From Antedon mediterranea (lineage: Eukaryota; Animalia; Echinodermata), in the NCBI RefSeq assembly GCF_964355755.1, contig NC_092673.1, positions 35,275,648 through 35,339,647 on the forward strand: 64,000 nucleotides of DNA. Reading direction: 5' to 3'. Below the pieces are notes generated by a model. It worked only from the letters and a program-made list of their open reading frames with translations, was not told the origin of the DNA and searched no databases. A program made the position numbers and the translations under genes. Numbering within the stretch: the stretch's first letter is position 1; every line of letters starts with the position of its first letter. Positions 1 to 13,446 of this stretch are shown piece by piece.

Positions 1-717
1 AACATTATCATGCTTGCTATAGTGACAATGAGAAAACACAATTTAATTGATTTACAATTGTGAAGAAAGAAACAAATAATATTGACGGATATGTATCAGA
101 AACAAATTATAGAGCTCTGTGAAACTGAATTATACTACAGCAGAACACATCTTTTGAGACGCACCTATTTTAGGGGTCATCTCTATTTAGGGGACACCCA
201 TATTAAAGGGAGATTTTTCTATGAATATGCGCATATGTTGAATATATTGAATGGAATAAGATACTGCTATGTGCATCAAGACATTGATTGTACATTATAA
301 TATTATAAAAGGTTATAAATCCTTTGCTGATCCACACTAAATCTGTCTGTTAATGACGCTGTTAGACGTAGACAATTTGTGCTACTGATGATCCTAGTAG
401 GCACGAATATAATGCTACTAACCTATAAGCAATTGTGTGTTGATGAGTTGTGTTTTCTTATTTGCTATTTGTTTAAGATGTAGTATTATTTATATAGATT
501 GAAGCAAAAACAATATTAAAACCTGAGTTCAAACCTTGTCATTTTATGCATAATAATAATAATATCCTGGATTTATATAGCACCTAATATTGTGAAACAA
601 AGCGCTGAACATTATTACCCGAGTCATTTTTTTTTTATCAAACACGTACGGAAACTTACTCCCATAATGCAGCTAGTAATCAGCATACTTTTATTTATCT
701 ATAGAAATTATATGACT

Positions 718-927
718 TAGAACTCCTAATAAGGGACACCTCTGGGACCCAACAAAGTATCAATTTGGGGTGTCACCTAACGAATAGTGTTAAAAGAGAT
801 ATTGCCTCAAGTGTTCTTTTTACACAAAAGTGTCATCATGATGAAAGTGTCATCATGATAAGGGTTTCATCATGATAAGGGTGTCATCATGATAAAGGTG
901 TCATCATGATAAGGGTGTCCTACTGTA
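718..927. mobile_element. Degenerate gggacacc-family MITE (Tc1/mariner-like) with internal short tandem repeat
   Basis: tagaactcctaataagggacacc at the left, an (aagggtgtcatcatgat)n array, and a ctactgta right end. Related fragments lie at about 8995-9060, 33653-33790, 43850 and 57978-58192. Confidence 0.5.
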
Positions 928-1757
928 CAAGAAACCATGTAGCGTTTACATTTGTTGATTAACTTTACACTTCAATATTAAACAAAACATATAATTTTGA
1001 TAATAATTTATACTATTTTAATTATTATGTTTAAAAAATTCTTCTTTTGATGTCCACTCACTTAATTTTTATTTTACTAACTAATGTGGTTTTTAACTTC
1101 TATCTTCTAGTTTGTTCTATTGTTTTTCTTCAATTAACAGAAACATAATCAATTCTATAAAATGATGACAACTTTAATCCATGTTGTTCTAATAATAGCT
1201 AGATTTGAAAAAGCATTATCAGTTGACGTAAGCCATGTTTACGACGTGCAGGTGAATTATAACTCTTTACAGTCTGGGTGTATTGTTCCATAGAAGCTAA
1301 TGTCATATATTTCAAATGACATTTATTTACAATTGGATTTATCAAATTGCAGCGAGTAAACTTTCCTGAATCCAGATCGGAAAAGTGGCAACTATCCTTC
1401 ATAGTTTTCAAATGTATCCAGGCAGTTTCTAACTATACACACATTCCGATTAGCAGACATGTGGATTCATCCAAGTTTATTCCAATAAGAAAATTTTTTT
1501 TTTATTTCAGCATTTGCATAATCTAAATTTCTTTTAATATGGTAAATTATAGCAATGTCTGTGGTATGTCACTCTTAAAAAAAAAAAAATAGTGTACACT
1601 TAAAAGTAGCATTAAGCCAAATACAAACTTTATATTAATGGCTACCAGATTTCTTCTCTATGTAGATGGTTACTTAAACCAGTACCAGGTGTACCGCAAA
1701 CTTAACCTTAACCAATAAAAGAAAAGTAGTAAAAGTAAGAGAAAAACTAATCCATAC

Positions 1758-4700
1758 TCATAGTAGTCAATGGCGGTAAGAAGGCTCTGTTTAACGTCCC
1801 GCGGAAAGTCACCAGGATCTTGGTGTCCACTTCCATTTGCATGCTTCCCTTTGGCATGAAACACATTCCCTAGATTATATAAAGCTCGAGCCTCACCCAT
1901 CTGTAAAGAAACAAATCATTAAATAAAATTAGAATAGTAGTTAGAAATAGAAAACATACATTGAAAAATACATGTGTAGATCTACTTATTTTCCTAACGC
2001 TGAAATTATGATGGTGGAACATGCTCCCATTGAAAGTGCAGGGTCAAAGTGGTCTGTACCATAATTGGATAGTTTCTTCCACATTCCATTTTTTTTGGAA
2101 GAGAAGGGCCATTGTCAGTTTATCCAGGTAAGCTAGACATGAAAGAGGCAACCTATACAGTATCTTTAAAATTAATAGTAAAAATAATAATCTTATGTAC
2201 ATCTGTCCTGTCTTTGTTATGTTTTATATTGTCATTGTCATGTTTTATATGTATATTAAGGGTAGCCATAAAAACTAGCTTTGCTCTTTTCTCTCCATTT
2301 TTGATTTATCTTTACCAATTATCTCATCAAATTCACATTGATTTACTCATCCTTTATAAATATAGTTTAGGGTTCGAGGTTATCTGTACCATACTAATTG
2401 CATCCTTAGGCAAGATGCTTTACTCTCATTGCCTCGTCTTTTGGATGGGATGTAAAGACGTTGGTCCCATGTACTTAACAGCGCACATTAAAGAACTTGG
2501 TACACTATTCGAAAAGAGTAGTGGATCGTCTCCTGGTGTGCTGATCTGGTAGGTGCTGCACTGCTGGCTGCTGTGGGTCCGTGGAGGGCCTAATCCGAAT
2601 TTCATCAATTTTCAGCTAAACTTGAGGACCAGAAATAATACATTTAACATTTAACATTTAGAGGAGATGAATTCCATTGTATTGTATGACTGTGTCATCC
2701 ACATGTGTAGTGCAATTCAGCCTGGCAGGGTTATTTTCCTAACATTTTTAATTTTGATGATTTAATTGTGACAAGGGACCTTTGAATTGAATATTATTAA
2801 TTGCATAATGTACATAGATATTCCTACCACCATCAAAAGTCCAAATTCACTTGCAGAGCGCCCTCAGACAGATGCAACACATTCAATCAAACGGTACTTT
2901 TTGTTAATTCCTTACTGAACTCTTACAACGTAACACAAGACAGTATGTTACTCAACCGAGACGAAATTGCTTTTCGTGGACATACTACACACTGTTCAAG
3001 TACTCCATGCGATATATCACCTTTCGTATTAATATCAACATGACAATCAAGATGGTAAATGATAATCGCTCAACTGGAAAATTATTTCAACATGGCTAAA
3101 TAGCACAATGAGAATATACTAGTAATCATAATGATGCGAATTGTAGACAAGTAGAAGTACTGTAATACTTGCCAAAAAAAACAAAAATAAATAAAACAGT
3201 ACTTAGTTCTACTAACAGTACTTAGTTCTACTCTCAATTAGTGATGAATTCATAGAAGTACTAATACTACTAATGGTAACTACAGAATGGCCTCAAGGTA
3301 TTAACTTGTTGTTTGAATAGTTATACAATTAGTATTACTATAAAATTATACTGATGTATTTTAATATGGATAGTAGTTTTTGATAAATGAATATTTGTAT
3401 TTATAATATAATTCAAGTTCAAGTTCAAAAAACATTTATTTGTTTAACAGATATACTGTAGGTGTGTACATTATTTAAATGAAAACATGGTAATATAGTA
3501 CCTACAATAAACACATGAAGAGTCATGGTACAGTACGTATTTGATAAATGAATAATTTTATTTATAATATAATACACATGAATTAATACAGATTAAAAGT
3601 CAGTATACATAGAGTACTAAGTCTGCAGTACCTTCAATATTAAGTTGATTGCTTTCATACTGTAGGTTCCAGAAAGCTGTTTTTGCAGTGGTTGAACCAA
3701 TGAACTATGGATATATAGGGGACACCAAAGATAATAAGCAAAGCCCTTGGGATTGTCGCTGCACTTGAAGTAACAACAGAGTGCATTCAATGAAGGTCAT
3801 ACTGAACCACATACACCTAATGCTATACACTGTACACACCATGGCTCATAATAGAAATAGATCGATCCTGCTTCAAAAATATTGTTTTTGTAAGCAGAAA
3901 TAGCATAAGCTAAAATTTAAAATATAAAACTGAACGGAAGATTCAGAGCTACAGAGGATAGCTTTTGAGAAGTCAGCAATATTAAATTTCCTGAAAATCA
4001 AAGTACTGTACCTATTAATGCTCAAAGAAAGTATGCATTGCAAACCTGACTTTACTAGTGCTTATTCAGTTCATACTATAGTAATGCACTTTGATGAGTT
4101 TATTTGGAGTATTTTGATTCTCAACAAACTGCACTATAGATGTACAAATCATCATAGTAATAATTAAACCCTTTATCGATTCAGATAAAGTTAAAATTAA
4201 AGTATGTGGGTGTTCAACGTGGGCATGTAGTGAACACGCAATTAACTAGCGTTTATAGTATAGTTGAAATAATAAATATTTGATTAATTAAAATATTCTC
4301 ATTCTACTAAATCATTAAGCACAATTCTCAAAAATATGTACGATACTAACGGCTTTGAAATTGTGATGTAGTCCAAGTTTTGTTGGTGAAATACAAATGA
4401 TAAAATAATTTAAAAATACTGCGACACTTTATTTGTTACCTTATCATTTAATTCTCTCGATATGTCCATGTGTCTCTGACAACAAATGACTGCTTCGTCA
4501 AACTTGCCAAGAACCTTTAATGTGTTGCCAAGGTTACCGCTAGCTTTGGCCTCTCCAAGTCGATCTGAAATTGTACTATGAAGACAGAAAATGAAGAAGT
4601 TAGAAATGTTGTCCAAGCGAGTGGCCCTATATTCATAGTTCACCACTGTGTGAAGAATCTATAGTTTAGCTAAAAGCCACAACAGTAGAATAGGGTACTG

Positions 4701-6629
4701 AAGCAGCGGAATGATGTAGCAACGTAATGATATAGCAACGGAATGATATAGCAGCGGAATGATGTAGCAACGTAATAGTGTAGCAGTGACATATATTTTC
4801 TTTCCTACTGGTCCTGAAATATTTTATTTTCTGCTGTACTTTTCAAAGTCATTTACTTGGTCTATTATCATGTAGAAGCAACAAGGGTTTTAATGGAAAG
4901 CTTCATATTTAAAAAAATTACAAATAGGCCAAAAAAAGTAGTATTAAATGAGTACAGTATTTATAAATGATTATTAACAATAATACTGTATAATAAGTAT
5001 AGTACTGTATAATATATAGTTCAAGTTCAATCATAAATTTAAAATGTTCATTTTTAAATTTTTTATTTTATTCAATAGAAACCAACAGCGATAATTACCG
5101 CCACTAACAGGTTTGATAAAAACAAAGCCAGGACTGTCTAAAGCACCTTGGTCCTGACATTGATCAAGGGCTTCTCTCGTCCAGTGCCCACCTTGACCAG
5201 AGGTCTGAGGCAGATACTAGATGCAGGGGCAGCCATAAGAGTCAGCAGTGCTGATTTCAAATGCCTAACGGGACCCCAGCCGTATACAGCACCCGCTATT
5301 CCCAGATAGTCTCCCATCCATTTACAATTCATGTTTTAGACAGATAAGAAATACAGACAAAGACAAAACATTACGGATACATTTTTTGGAGCCATGGAAG
5401 AATATTAATCTCGATGGCCGGAAATAAGCTTTGTGATTAGGCTAAGTCATACAGTTTTTTTCTAAAGCATTTAATTAATAAACACAATTTTAAATTGGCT
5501 ACAGTAGCTGTAGTGATAATAATGTCTCAGTTGTTCTCTGTTTTTCATCTGATCTCATAAACCTCTACTGGATTGTTGGTATTGTTCTTGATTTATAATC
5601 AGACTTCTTTAATAATTGTACTACGATAATGAACACAATCTAATTAGAGATACAATTGAATTTCAGAAACTCTAATTAATAAGTTTACATTCCTAGCCAA
5701 GACTGATCTTTCCTTCCGGTCATGCAGTATGTAAAAAAATATGATGAGAGCACCGATTATTACCATAGAGAATACACGAACATAGAATTAAATCACGGTG
5801 TTTAATGATTTTACAGTAGTCGATTCACTCATGAGGTAACTACCAATAAGCTATTTAAAGAGAATGTACAGTCAGCTGGATTTGTATGGTAAGCAGGCAT
5901 ACTGAAAGGTTAAATTAATATCCATGGTAAAGAGTCAAATTGATCTGCATGATGGAAATCCCAATCACATATAATATAATGTACTCCAAATGTACTTTCA
6001 AAGGCTGCTGTCACAAGTTGCACCACTGACACAAGATCAAGAATGAACCCTGGACCTTGTGATTGGAAGACAAGCTTGTTAACCACCAAGCTACCTGTAC
6101 CATTTGACCAAAGACACCCACCTTTCAAGTCTTTCACCCAGCCTAAAGTTTATTTTAAAACGAATTCCAACACAACACACACCACAAGAAACATTTGGGT
6201 ACCTGTTTTAATAATTTTTTTAATCAACTATTTAAAAACAACCCTACATCTCTAAGTAAACATCTCTAACTGAACACCTCTAACTGAACAGAAAGATTAT
6301 GTGTTTGATTGCTTATTATTAAAGAATATAAATTACCGTAGTAAATGCACAAACAATAAGATTTAAAACAGATTACTACTTTACTGTACCTTGTTAATGT
6401 GAGATCGTGACGGTGGTAATCTAGCGCTTTCCCGTATTGTTGTAGATAAAAGTATGCATTCCCTAGTTGGCTGTATATCGCGCTCAGCGTCTTCATATCA
6501 TCTGTACCAACTCTGACGGCTGCCTCGAAGTATTCAACACCCTCTTGACACCTTCCAACCTTGCAAAGCCTTTCTCCCTCCAGGGCTAGTTCCATACAAG
6601 GCATATCCATATTGGCTTTCATTATTGAT
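1758..6629 (-). CDS. GPSM2: G-protein signaling modulator (GPSM2/LGN/Pins-like), N-terminal TPR exons; gene continues beyond the left edge of the window
   Basis: GT-AG exons 6390-6629 (MELALEGERLCKVGRCQEGVEYFEAAVRVGTDDMKTLSAIYSQLGNAYFYL), 4440-4575 (LGEAKASGNLGNTLKVLGKFDEA) and 1758-1900 (GEARALYNLGNVFHAKGK) join in phase and match the LGN/AGS3 TPR repeats. GoLoco exons are not in the window. GPSM1 and GPSM2 cannot be distinguished in an invertebrate. Confidence 0.93.
2370..2660 (+). mobile_element. SINE with Deu/Nin-like central domain, 5'-truncated
   Basis: B-box ggttcgag, then tccttaggcaagatgctttactctcattgcctc, then gtcttttggatgggatgtaaagacgttggtccc...ggtacactattcgaaaagagtag (resembles the Deu domain), with an (acattta)n tail. 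Confidence 0.65.
5058..5322 (-). mobile_element. 5S rRNA-derived SINE (SINE3-type), 5'-truncated
   Basis: The reverse complement of 5285-5320 is TGGATGGGAGACTATCTGGGAATAGCGGGTGCTGTA, matching the 3' third of metazoan 5S rRNA (TGGATGGGAGACCGCCTGGGAATACCGGGTGCTGTA). It is followed by about 210 nt of unrelated body and an AATAAATAAAAAA tail. Confidence 0.75.
6030..6094 (-). mobile_element. tRNA-derived SINE head (same family as 59042-59200)
   Basis: The reverse complement gtagcttggtggttaacaagcttgtcttccaatcacaaggtccagggttca is near-identical to 59048-59098. A and B boxes are present. Confidence 0.65.
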
Positions 6630-9185
6630 CTGTTAAAGGAAATTAGTGCCAACAATTAGTTTTCTTTGGTGGTAAACAGTACAGTGTGATAACTGTGCAA
6701 GGAATGCTCCATGCATTTAATAATGTCCAATCAATGCTTAAACTGAACGTAGTTGACTTTAAGCTGAAATACAATATGGTGCTGTACGTGCCTGCTAACT
6801 TTAGATTAATTTATAACTGCTGTTTACGTCTTTTACGCGATCATGTTAATTAAATTTAGGATTAACAATTAATAATCCAGAGACAATGTTTAACAACACA
6901 TTGTAAGGATTAAATATACTGTATGTGAATAATGAAATTTGAAAAGATTTTTTTTACAAAACACAACACATTGACAGTTGTTTTGAATAGTGACTTTCAT
7001 ACACTTTTAAAAGTAAGGGCTTGGTTCAATTTCAACGATTGCAGATTTCAACAAATTTTAACATTGTTGATTTTCACCCCACTTTTCCAGTAACATCTTG
7101 CATACAGTAAATTGTTGCAACTCAACGTTGACTGGAAAACCGGCTAAAAATGTACATACACAAAAGCACACAAAAAAATCAATACATGATAAAGGCAATT
7201 AAAGCCACTGTATGAAAAAAAAAATATTTTTTAAGAAGTGATGAAAAGTTAAAACATTAAAGAATTACGGGAAATTGGCCAATGTTGGTTAGCTAAGCAC
7301 ACAATTGATGTGAAAATTCAAGTTTGCAAATAATGCACAATTAAAAGCAGGATCCATCTTAATTAATGAAAATCACATAAATTTAAAAGGGCGATTTATC
7401 TTAATTACTGAGTCGCCATACAAGAAACAGGATATTATACAAACATATTAATGAAGAATTGTTACAATTTACGATTAATAAGTAACCCAAGTTTAAATTA
7501 ACATACCTAGTTTAACACAATAACTAATATATTCAGTGGGTGGCTATTTAAACGATCTTGAATAACAAACATTATCAACTAGACTCTTCAATTCATATGA
7601 GCAACAATGTATTTTACAGTAGTATCAGTATCAAAATATAATGTAAAATATACAGAGATGAATTGGTCAGGGACTGCTAAAGTAAACAAGATTATGATTA
7701 GATAATATTAATGAAAAAGACTTATTACAGATTTAGAAGCAGTGATAGCAGTACTGTACTATAAAATCTATTCATGCCATTATCTCATTCTTGTGTATCA
7801 AGTTACAGTAATATTATTATCATGACAAGAAGTAAGAACAAGGGTGCTAATTTAGTAATATTATTTTCAGTACATATTAGGGCACAAGCACTGATGTGAC
7901 TCATAAAAACCCAAGCATTGGGGTGATGTTGGGTGGATACAGTGCATTTAATAATTAAAACCACAATTGCACTGGACTTGGCCTCAGCAAGAGAAACCTG
8001 TCGCATTTGGACTTTCTTGGCTTGGTGAGTTTTACTAAGCTCATGGTAAGAATTCTGAGGCTGTGAAAAGCAAAAAAATAAATGGCACAAAAGATTCTAC
8101 CCAAATCATAATCATATTTTTTTAAACATAATCCAGGTTAGAAATGTTTAATTTCATTCAGTTTTCCATCAAAACTAAACTTCTGTGTGCAGTCACCCAA
8201 CTGAAAACTACTGTACATAATTTGTATACATAATATATTATACAACATACAACTCCTGTTTGGCCTACAATTTGGTTCAACATAGAAATTTGAAACAGGC
8301 ATTACTGTAATTATTTCTAATCTTGGTGGTCAGCCCTTGGCGAAGGTATGTAATCTCTGATTGTCCTTAAAATATAATATTTCAATACAAATATTACATG
8401 ACAAAAATGAAGTTTGTCTTAAGGGTGAATCGGTTATACTGTACAGTAGTGTGATGAAGAATATCAACTAATTTTCGTCGCTTGAAAACTGCTAATCAGA
8501 CTTTTCCCTCTGGGAAACTTTAATTCAGTATCCTTAGACCTTTATTCTCTCGTATAATTAACACAAACCACTAGGGGTCATTTCTGATCTTGTATAGACT
8601 TTGAGCATCTTTAGACAACCATTTAATATTTGGTTCTTAAACTTAACATACATTTTAAAATGCTCATACTGTTTGCAAGTTACACAGTACATCCAAACAT
8701 TAATGTATTGTTCTCCCAAAAACATTAAAAATAAGACTTTGAATGAATAGACCATTTCCAGTTAATCACCTCCATAGGAAAAAACTTTAAAATAATGTTA
8801 AGACAAAATTAACAGTTAAATTCAATCAAAAACCCATTAACTTCCAGTCAATTTGCCCTTTTTTTTGCTTTAAATTAGTTTTTTAGGTAAATAATCCAAT
8901 TTTTGGGTCAACTACTGTATACAATACAAATAAAATGGCAAATTCAACAACAAAAATTGTAAAAGAAATATTTTGTCAGGAAGACTATATATCTTTAAGG
9001 GGACACCTTAGGGACCCAAAAGGGGACACCTTAGGGACCCAAAAGTGGTGTTCTACTGTATAAATAATAAAAATTAAGCAACAATAGTATTAATGTCATG
9101 TCTAGACTATTTTGAGCAAAGAAAGTTGTGAAATGTGTCTCTTTGTTCATTCATTTTTAATTATTTTTAAACAACCAATCATCAA

Positions 9186-9350
9186 AAAATTGTTCTTGTT
9201 TCTGTATATTATAATGTACTACACAGACCAAGTCACAAGTAAATTGTTCTTGTTTCTGTATATTATAATGTACTACACAGACAAAGTAACAAGTAAATTG
9301 TTCTTGTTTCTGTATTATAATGTACTACACAGACCAAGTCACAAGTAAAT
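9186..9350. repeat. Tandem repeat of about 54 bp, 3 copies
   Basis: Unit aaattgttcttgtttctgtatattataatgtactacacagaccaagtcacaagt. Confidence 0.9.
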
Positions 9351-10454
9351 TTATTTGATAAAACTTATTTGACAAAAGTCGTGAAATACATCGGTTTGTT
9401 TGCTTTATTTAAGTATGTTAAGATAAAACTTCATCATTCACACCTGAGCAACAGTGTAATAAATACACTTATCAGTTCAAATGTTTTTAGCTCAACAATA
9501 ATTTGTTTTTTATCCCCTATATTTTATGGTATACCATAACATAATACATCCTCCAATCAAATTTGATGCTCATAAAATGGATTTCCTCACATTGAATAAA
9601 AAAATTATAATTCCAGACAGACACTACTTTAAGCTGTAATTTCCAAACAAATTTATACTTTATTTTATTGATCCACTATGCTGTACTATACACTATGTAC
9701 AGTAGGTACTTCAGTATATAATGAAAATTGGTCAAATATTAAATGAAAATTAGTCTGGACAGGCCATATCATAACTGTAAGCCCATAATTAAAAGGATAA
9801 ATGTGAACATCAGTATTAAAATATACATCACAGGTAACAGATACTGTACATGTTCATTCTTTAAAGTCATGTTGTTAGTATAAAAATTAATAAACTGTCG
9901 CTCATGGACTATTATGTTTGTATAGATTCTTACAGTTAGGTTTTTTATGTAAATTGACTGCTTGAAATATTGAAACATGCTGTATGATTTTCATCAATTC
10001 AACTTTATCCACATGTCATCTGTGTCATGTTGTCAAAGCTCTTCCATTCACTGTTGCAGCAGTATAAGTATAATTTACAAGACACTTTAAAATGTTCTGT
10101 CCCATAACAAAAAGACGATGAAGATGACAAATGATTTATTAGATAACAACGAAATATCATTAGATTATACAAACAGAATGTTTGACAAGTATCAGTAAAG
10201 CTTTTCATATTAAAAATCTATTCATCTATTAAAAATTACAGAAAAATAACAAAAAGTAGTAATTAAAAATTTAAATTAAGTTTTATAATTCACAATTTAT
10301 ATTTAAGAAAATTTAAAAAAAACAGTATCAAGGATTTTCAAGTAGAGAGAGGAGGTGGGTGGGGGAGATTTTAGAATGAAGTGTTGAAACTAATTTCCTA
10401 TCTTTTGCATTGCAATTTTCGAAATTAAATTCGGCTAGGCCACGACTTATTGCA

Positions 10455-11085
10455 AAAGTTATGAAAAGAGCAATGATAAGGATAACTACAGACATGGAAA
10501 AAGTACTATGTAACCAACCTTGACCTACAGAAAAGAACAACATCAAAGAAATAAAAAAGAAAAAGTGGACTTGTGCAGGTGGACTACGTAGACGAGAGGT
10601 GGTGAGATAACATCAGGGAGTTTAGCAAGGAATAGACTGGATCAGAGGTGGTGAGATAACATCAGGGAGTTTAGCAAGGAATAGACTGGATCAGAGGTGG
10701 TGAGATAACATCAGGGAGTTTAGCAAGGAATAGACTGGATCAGAGGTGGTGAGATAACATCAGGGAGTTTAGCAAGGAATAGACTGGATCAGAGGTGGTG
10801 AGATAACATCAGGGAGTTTAGCAAGGAATAGACTGGATCAGAGGTGGTGAGATAACATCAGGGAGTTTAGCAAGGAATAGACTGGATCAGAGGTGGTGAG
10901 ATAACATCAGGGAGTTTAGCAAGGAATAGACTGGATCAGAGGTGGTGAGATAACATCAGGGAGTTTAGCAAGGAATAGACTGGATCAGAGGTGGTGAGAT
11001 AACATCAGGGAGTTTAGCAAGGAATAGACTGGATCAGAAGACACTTCAATGGACTGAAACAAGCTAACAATAGGATACGTCGCAA
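10455..11085 (+). mobile_element. Decayed RTE-clade LINE 3' fragment hosting a minisatellite
   Basis: Conceptual translation with frameshifts gives MKRAMIRIT...KEIKKKKWTCAG...RW*DNIREF(AG)IDWIRR, resembling the RTE ORF C-terminus (MERAMLGIT...KWxWAGH...RWxDDI...W). Confidence 0.6.
10596..11036. repeat. 49-bp minisatellite, 9 identical copies
   Basis: Unit gaggtggtgagataacatcagggagtttagcaaggaatagactggatca, head-to-tail with no spacers. Confidence 0.97.
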
Positions 11086-11639
11086 GATCACTATGTCTAG
11101 CTAATATACAGTACATTCAAGCATCTTGAGACTACAGACAGGAAAAGTATATACTGGCCATCAGCAATACGGCAATAAAAATTGGGTGCAGAACTCTTCT
11201 TTGAACATTATAAAATCTATAAATTTCTACACACTGCAGTGGATGAAACAAATGCCGACATAATATTTAGCCAGCTGCACGCATTAACACCACATTTCAA
11301 TGACTTGTTTAAAAGCTTTTTCTCATTGAGACTAGCTAAAAAAATCATTATGGAATTTTAATCTATGATAATATCATAGTTACAACATCCACAGTAAAAA
11401 AAATAGAGGAATTGGACTTTGCATTGGAAAAAGAATATTGATGTCAATACAGTATGTAATTGGTAAGGGCAAAAAATGAGCATATTTTGTTTACTTTATT
11501 TTAGGGTAACTTTTTAACACTAACTTTTTTTCCATTTTGGTTAAAAGGCATAAAATAACAATTATCGCATTTGCTTTTCAATTGTGTAAAAAAGCATTCC
11601 GCAATTTTTTTTATTTTGTGGCCTAAGATACAGTTCCCG

Positions 11640-11838
11640 GGACCAAGCAGCGGCCCAGCCACCCAGGCTGTACCAGTGACCAATGCAGCGGACTAGCCAC
11701 CCAGGCTGTACCAGTGACCAACGCAGCGGCCAGCCACCCAGGCTGTACCAGTGACCAACGCAGCGGCCTAGCCACCCAGGCTGTACCAGTGACCAACGCA
11801 GCGGCCCAGCCACCCAGGCTGTACCAGTGACCAACGCA
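11640..11838. repeat. GC-rich minisatellite of about 38 bp, about 5 copies
   Basis: Unit gaccaacgcagcggcccagccacccaggctgtaccagt. It explains the three overlapping ORFs at 11501-11847. Confidence 0.93.
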
Positions 11839-12770
11839 AGGAACCAAATATAAAAAGTCTACAGTAACACCTCACCATGGTTGGGGCAGAGATACTGTAC
11901 TGTACTGTAGCGCAACATATTTTTTAAGAGACTCTAGGTCACCGAAAATTGGATTTATACTTTTTTTGGAGGGTAAAATTTGCGCTGATCAATATCAAGC
12001 ACAAACATTTAGCACAGCCCGGGCTTCCACCTTTATGTAAAGCACACAATGACATCATTTTCTGTGTCGTATCAGTATACCGTAAGATTTTAGATTACTA
12101 TACATCATGATCACTAGTAGTATATTTTTTTTTCACAATAATGGAAAGGATACACTCAGTAGGTACACATTAATGCCTAACTTTCAATAGAAGTTTGGAT
12201 CGCAAAACAAGAACCCTGGTTTGTACTGTACAGTAGGAGACTGTGGTTTTCACTACGCAAGTAAATTGATCGACCAATCAGAAGTGCGGGTTTGAATAAT
12301 CTGTCACTTGTGATTGGTCAAAATACTTACATTGCGTATACAGTACAGTACATCCTTGCGTTACTTCCTAGTGGGAACCAATCTTAAAGTGTTTAGTTAC
12401 AATGTGTAATACAGACTTAGACAATCAGTTTTGCCATCCTGATTTAAGTCTGCTGTATGGTGTCACTTTCAATTTAGCCATGTTCACCAATCTAGTTCTG
12501 TCACATTATGTATTATCAAGTATCCAATATAACTTAATTAGGATGGAGTATAGATTTCAATACATCTGAATGCATTCAATCATCATTATAATACAATTAT
12601 TAACAACAAACGTAGAAGCTATACAAATCTATCTGGAAAAACTCAATTTAAAATGCATTAATATTATTATTAGGAACTAATTCCATTGTTAAAGCTTTAA
12701 ACACCCTACAGTACTGTACCTACTGTACCTATTGTAATCCACATCCAACTCTAACAATGGTAGATTATTG

Positions 12771-13155
12771 GGTGGTTATTGTACAGGTGCTTGTAGGAAG
12801 TCACTTGTGATGACTGACAACCAAACTACATCATATTAATGTATTGTGTGCATGTGGCAATACTGAGATACGTCTCTTTGCTGCTTACAGCACCTTGAGG
12901 TGGTTATTATACAGGTGCTTTTAGGAAGTCACTTGTGATGACTGACAACCAAACTACATCATATTAATGTATTGTGTGCATGTGGCAATACTGGGATATG
13001 TCTCCTTGCTGCTTACAGCACCTTGAGGTGGTTATTGTACAGGTGCTTTTAGGAAGTCACTTGTGATGACTGACAACCAAACTACATCATATTAATGTAT
13101 TGTGTGCATGTGGCAATACTGGGATATGTCTCCTTGCTGCTTACAGTACCTTGAG
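12771..13155. repeat. 128-bp tandem repeat, 3 copies
   Basis: Unit ggtggttattgtacaggtgc...ttgctgcttacagcaccttga, with a period of about 128 bp. Confidence 0.95.
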
Positions 13156-13271
13156 ACAGGTTTGATGATTTCTACTGTAGGTTCAGGTGACAACTTCAAT
13201 TGACCTGATCTAGGTTGGACATTCGTCCATGGTCTTTGCAAATAAAAGCTTCCTATTGCCGCAGGTGGATT
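13150..13271 (-). CDS. Candidate upstream exon of the GPSM gene (coding or 5'UTR)
   Basis: Minus-strand tttacag acceptor and AAG|gtactg donor flank 122 nt. One frame is open (NPPAAIGSFYLQRPWTNVQPRSGQLKLSPEPTVEIIKPVSR) and ends in phase 2, matching the phase-2 acceptor at 6629. Confidence 0.45.
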
Positions 13272-13289
13272 CTGTAAACCTACACTTCT

Positions 13290-13446
13290 AAAGGTCTGTC
13301 TACACTATCAAACTAAGTGTTATGTACCCAAGTATGGTAGTGTCTTGATATGCCAAAATATAGTAGTGATATGACATCATCATGTCAATGTATATGGTCA
13401 CATCACATTTTTTGTCACATAAAGTTTGATAGTGTAGACAGGGCTT
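13290..13446. mobile_element. MITE family A (TIR gctctgtctacactatcaaact), copy 1
   Basis: tctgtctacactatcaaact ... agtttgatagtgtagacag inverted ends with a shared internal ccaaatatggtagtgatatgacatcatcatg core. Confidence 0.8.

Noticed and set aside
2112-2552. 146-aa hydrophobic ORF
   Set aside because: T-rich intronic sequence running into a SINE, antisense to GPSM, with a non-ATG start.
5285-5320. Functional 5S rRNA gene
   Set aside because: Only the 3' third is present, with mismatches and no T-run terminator. It is fused to a SINE-like body.
10596-11036. CRISPR-like regular array
   Set aside because: Units are identical and contiguous with no unique spacers, there are no cas genes, and the context is a eukaryotic intron. 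The same applies to the arrays at 11640, 14921 and 16104.
11501-11847. Three overlapping minus-strand ORFs
   Set aside because: Frame-cycling translation of a minisatellite of about 38 bp.
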